Origin: an uncultured Erysipelotrichaceae bacterium
Lineage (GTDB): Bacteria > Bacillota_I > Bacilli_A > RF39 > UBA660
Length of the DNA: 34,268 nucleotides
Direction: 5' to 3'
NCBI GenBank assembly: GCA_902783555.1
Contig: CACZRB010000007.1
Location: 1-34,268, forward strand
The notes under the pieces are model-generated. The model had not been told where the DNA came from and made no database searches. It saw only the letters and a list, made by a program, of their open reading frames with translations. Both the position numbers and the translations under genes were made by a program. The stretch's first letter is position 1. The number at the start of each line of letters is the position of its first letter. Positions 33,917 to 34,268 of the stretch are shown here, piece after piece.

Positions 33917-34268
33917 TGTTTCACGTGAAACAATTTGCACTATTTATATAGTATTTTGAATCAATTACTAATACTATAATTTAAAATTATTTAATAATTA
34001 TATGGTAAATATTTTAATTATGTTTCACGTGAAACATTGTGCATTACTTTTATTATTTTGATTTATATTATTATTTTGTAATTGATTATAATTTTTATTA
34101 TTTTAATAATTTTGTTTAACTATTCTAATTATGTTTCACGTGAAACATTGTGCATTACTTTTATTATTTTGATTTATATTATTATTTTGTAATTGATTGT
34201 ATTTTTTATTATTTTAATAATTTTGTTTAACTATCTTAATTATGTTTCACGTGAAACATTGTGCATTA
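33917..34268. repeat. Non-coding tandem repeat array (1 diverged unit of 104 bp, 2 units of 111 bp, and a truncated fourth), each starting with the palindrome TGTTTCACGTGAAACA
   Basis: The perfect 16-bp palindrome occurs at 33917-33932, 34021-34036, 34132-34147 and 34243-34258. Units 34021-34131 and 34132-34242 differ at about 4 positions by eye. The array reaches the window end. Confidence 0.9.

Noticed and set aside
33917-33932. Palindrome TGTTTCACGTGAAACA as a known operator (Rex TTGTGAA-N4-TTCACAA, CRP/FNR TGTGA-N6-TCACA or TTGAT-N4-ATCAA, LacI-family/cre TGNAANCGNTTNCA, TnrA/GlnR TGTNA-N7-TNACA, PadR ATGT-N8-ACAT, DnaA box TTATCCACA)
   Set aside because: Half-site sequence or spacing does not match any of these consensi when aligned by eye. 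I therefore leave the binding factor unassigned rather than naming one.
33917-34268. Right-edge repeats as a CRISPR array
   Set aside because: The sequence between the palindromes is itself repeated at about 96% identity, so there are no unique spacers. The period of 111 bp and the 16-bp repeat core do not fit repeat-spacer architecture, and there are no cas genes in the window.
1-34268. Mollicutes-type genetic code (UGA = Trp), given the extreme AT content and the minimal SRP RNA
   Set aside because: All conserved genes are full-length under the standard code and Trp positions use TGG. I saw no in-frame TGA-interrupted gene fragments.

Overview
This is a very AT-rich window (about a quarter G+C by eye, not computed) from a low-GC Bacillota-type genome that uses the standard code. 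Nearly every gene is on the minus strand. The right two thirds (about 17.4-33.9 kb) is a compact version of the Bacillus-type origin-proximal housekeeping and sporulation neighbourhood. Read along the minus strand, the order is ffs, tadA, dnaX, ybaB, recR, bofA, holB, yaaT/ricT, yabB, pth, mfd, spoVT-like, Met T-box + metG, tatD, a DPBB/3D-like protein, rsmA, yabG, veg, spoVG, yabP, yabQ, divIC, ssrA (tmRNA), trmB. The left part holds secG, eno, a FemAB-family transferase, rubrerythrin, typA, a YfhO-family membrane protein, a DagK-type lipid kinase and a stand-alone tRNA-Cys. Between tRNA-Cys and trmB lies the only accessory-looking block (9.6-16.7 kb). It contains a small sortase translationally coupled to a 703-aa thioester-domain/Cna-B-type surface adhesin with a non-canonical VPNTY sorting signal. 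It also contains a 529-aa polytopic membrane protein with its own promoter and terminator, and four small envelope or unknown proteins (LysM, anchored 364-aa, bacterial PH domain, membrane-anchored thioredoxin). The least explained structure is at the right edge (33917-34268). It is a non-coding tandem array of ~111-bp units, each carrying the perfect 16-bp palindrome TGTTTCACGTGAAACA. The first copy abuts the predicted promoter of a minimal SRP RNA, and the array runs off the window. I saw no CRISPR array, IS element, integrase, prophage or recognisable defence system. For several ORF-track entries I moved the start to an internal ATG that has a Shine-Dalgarno sequence.
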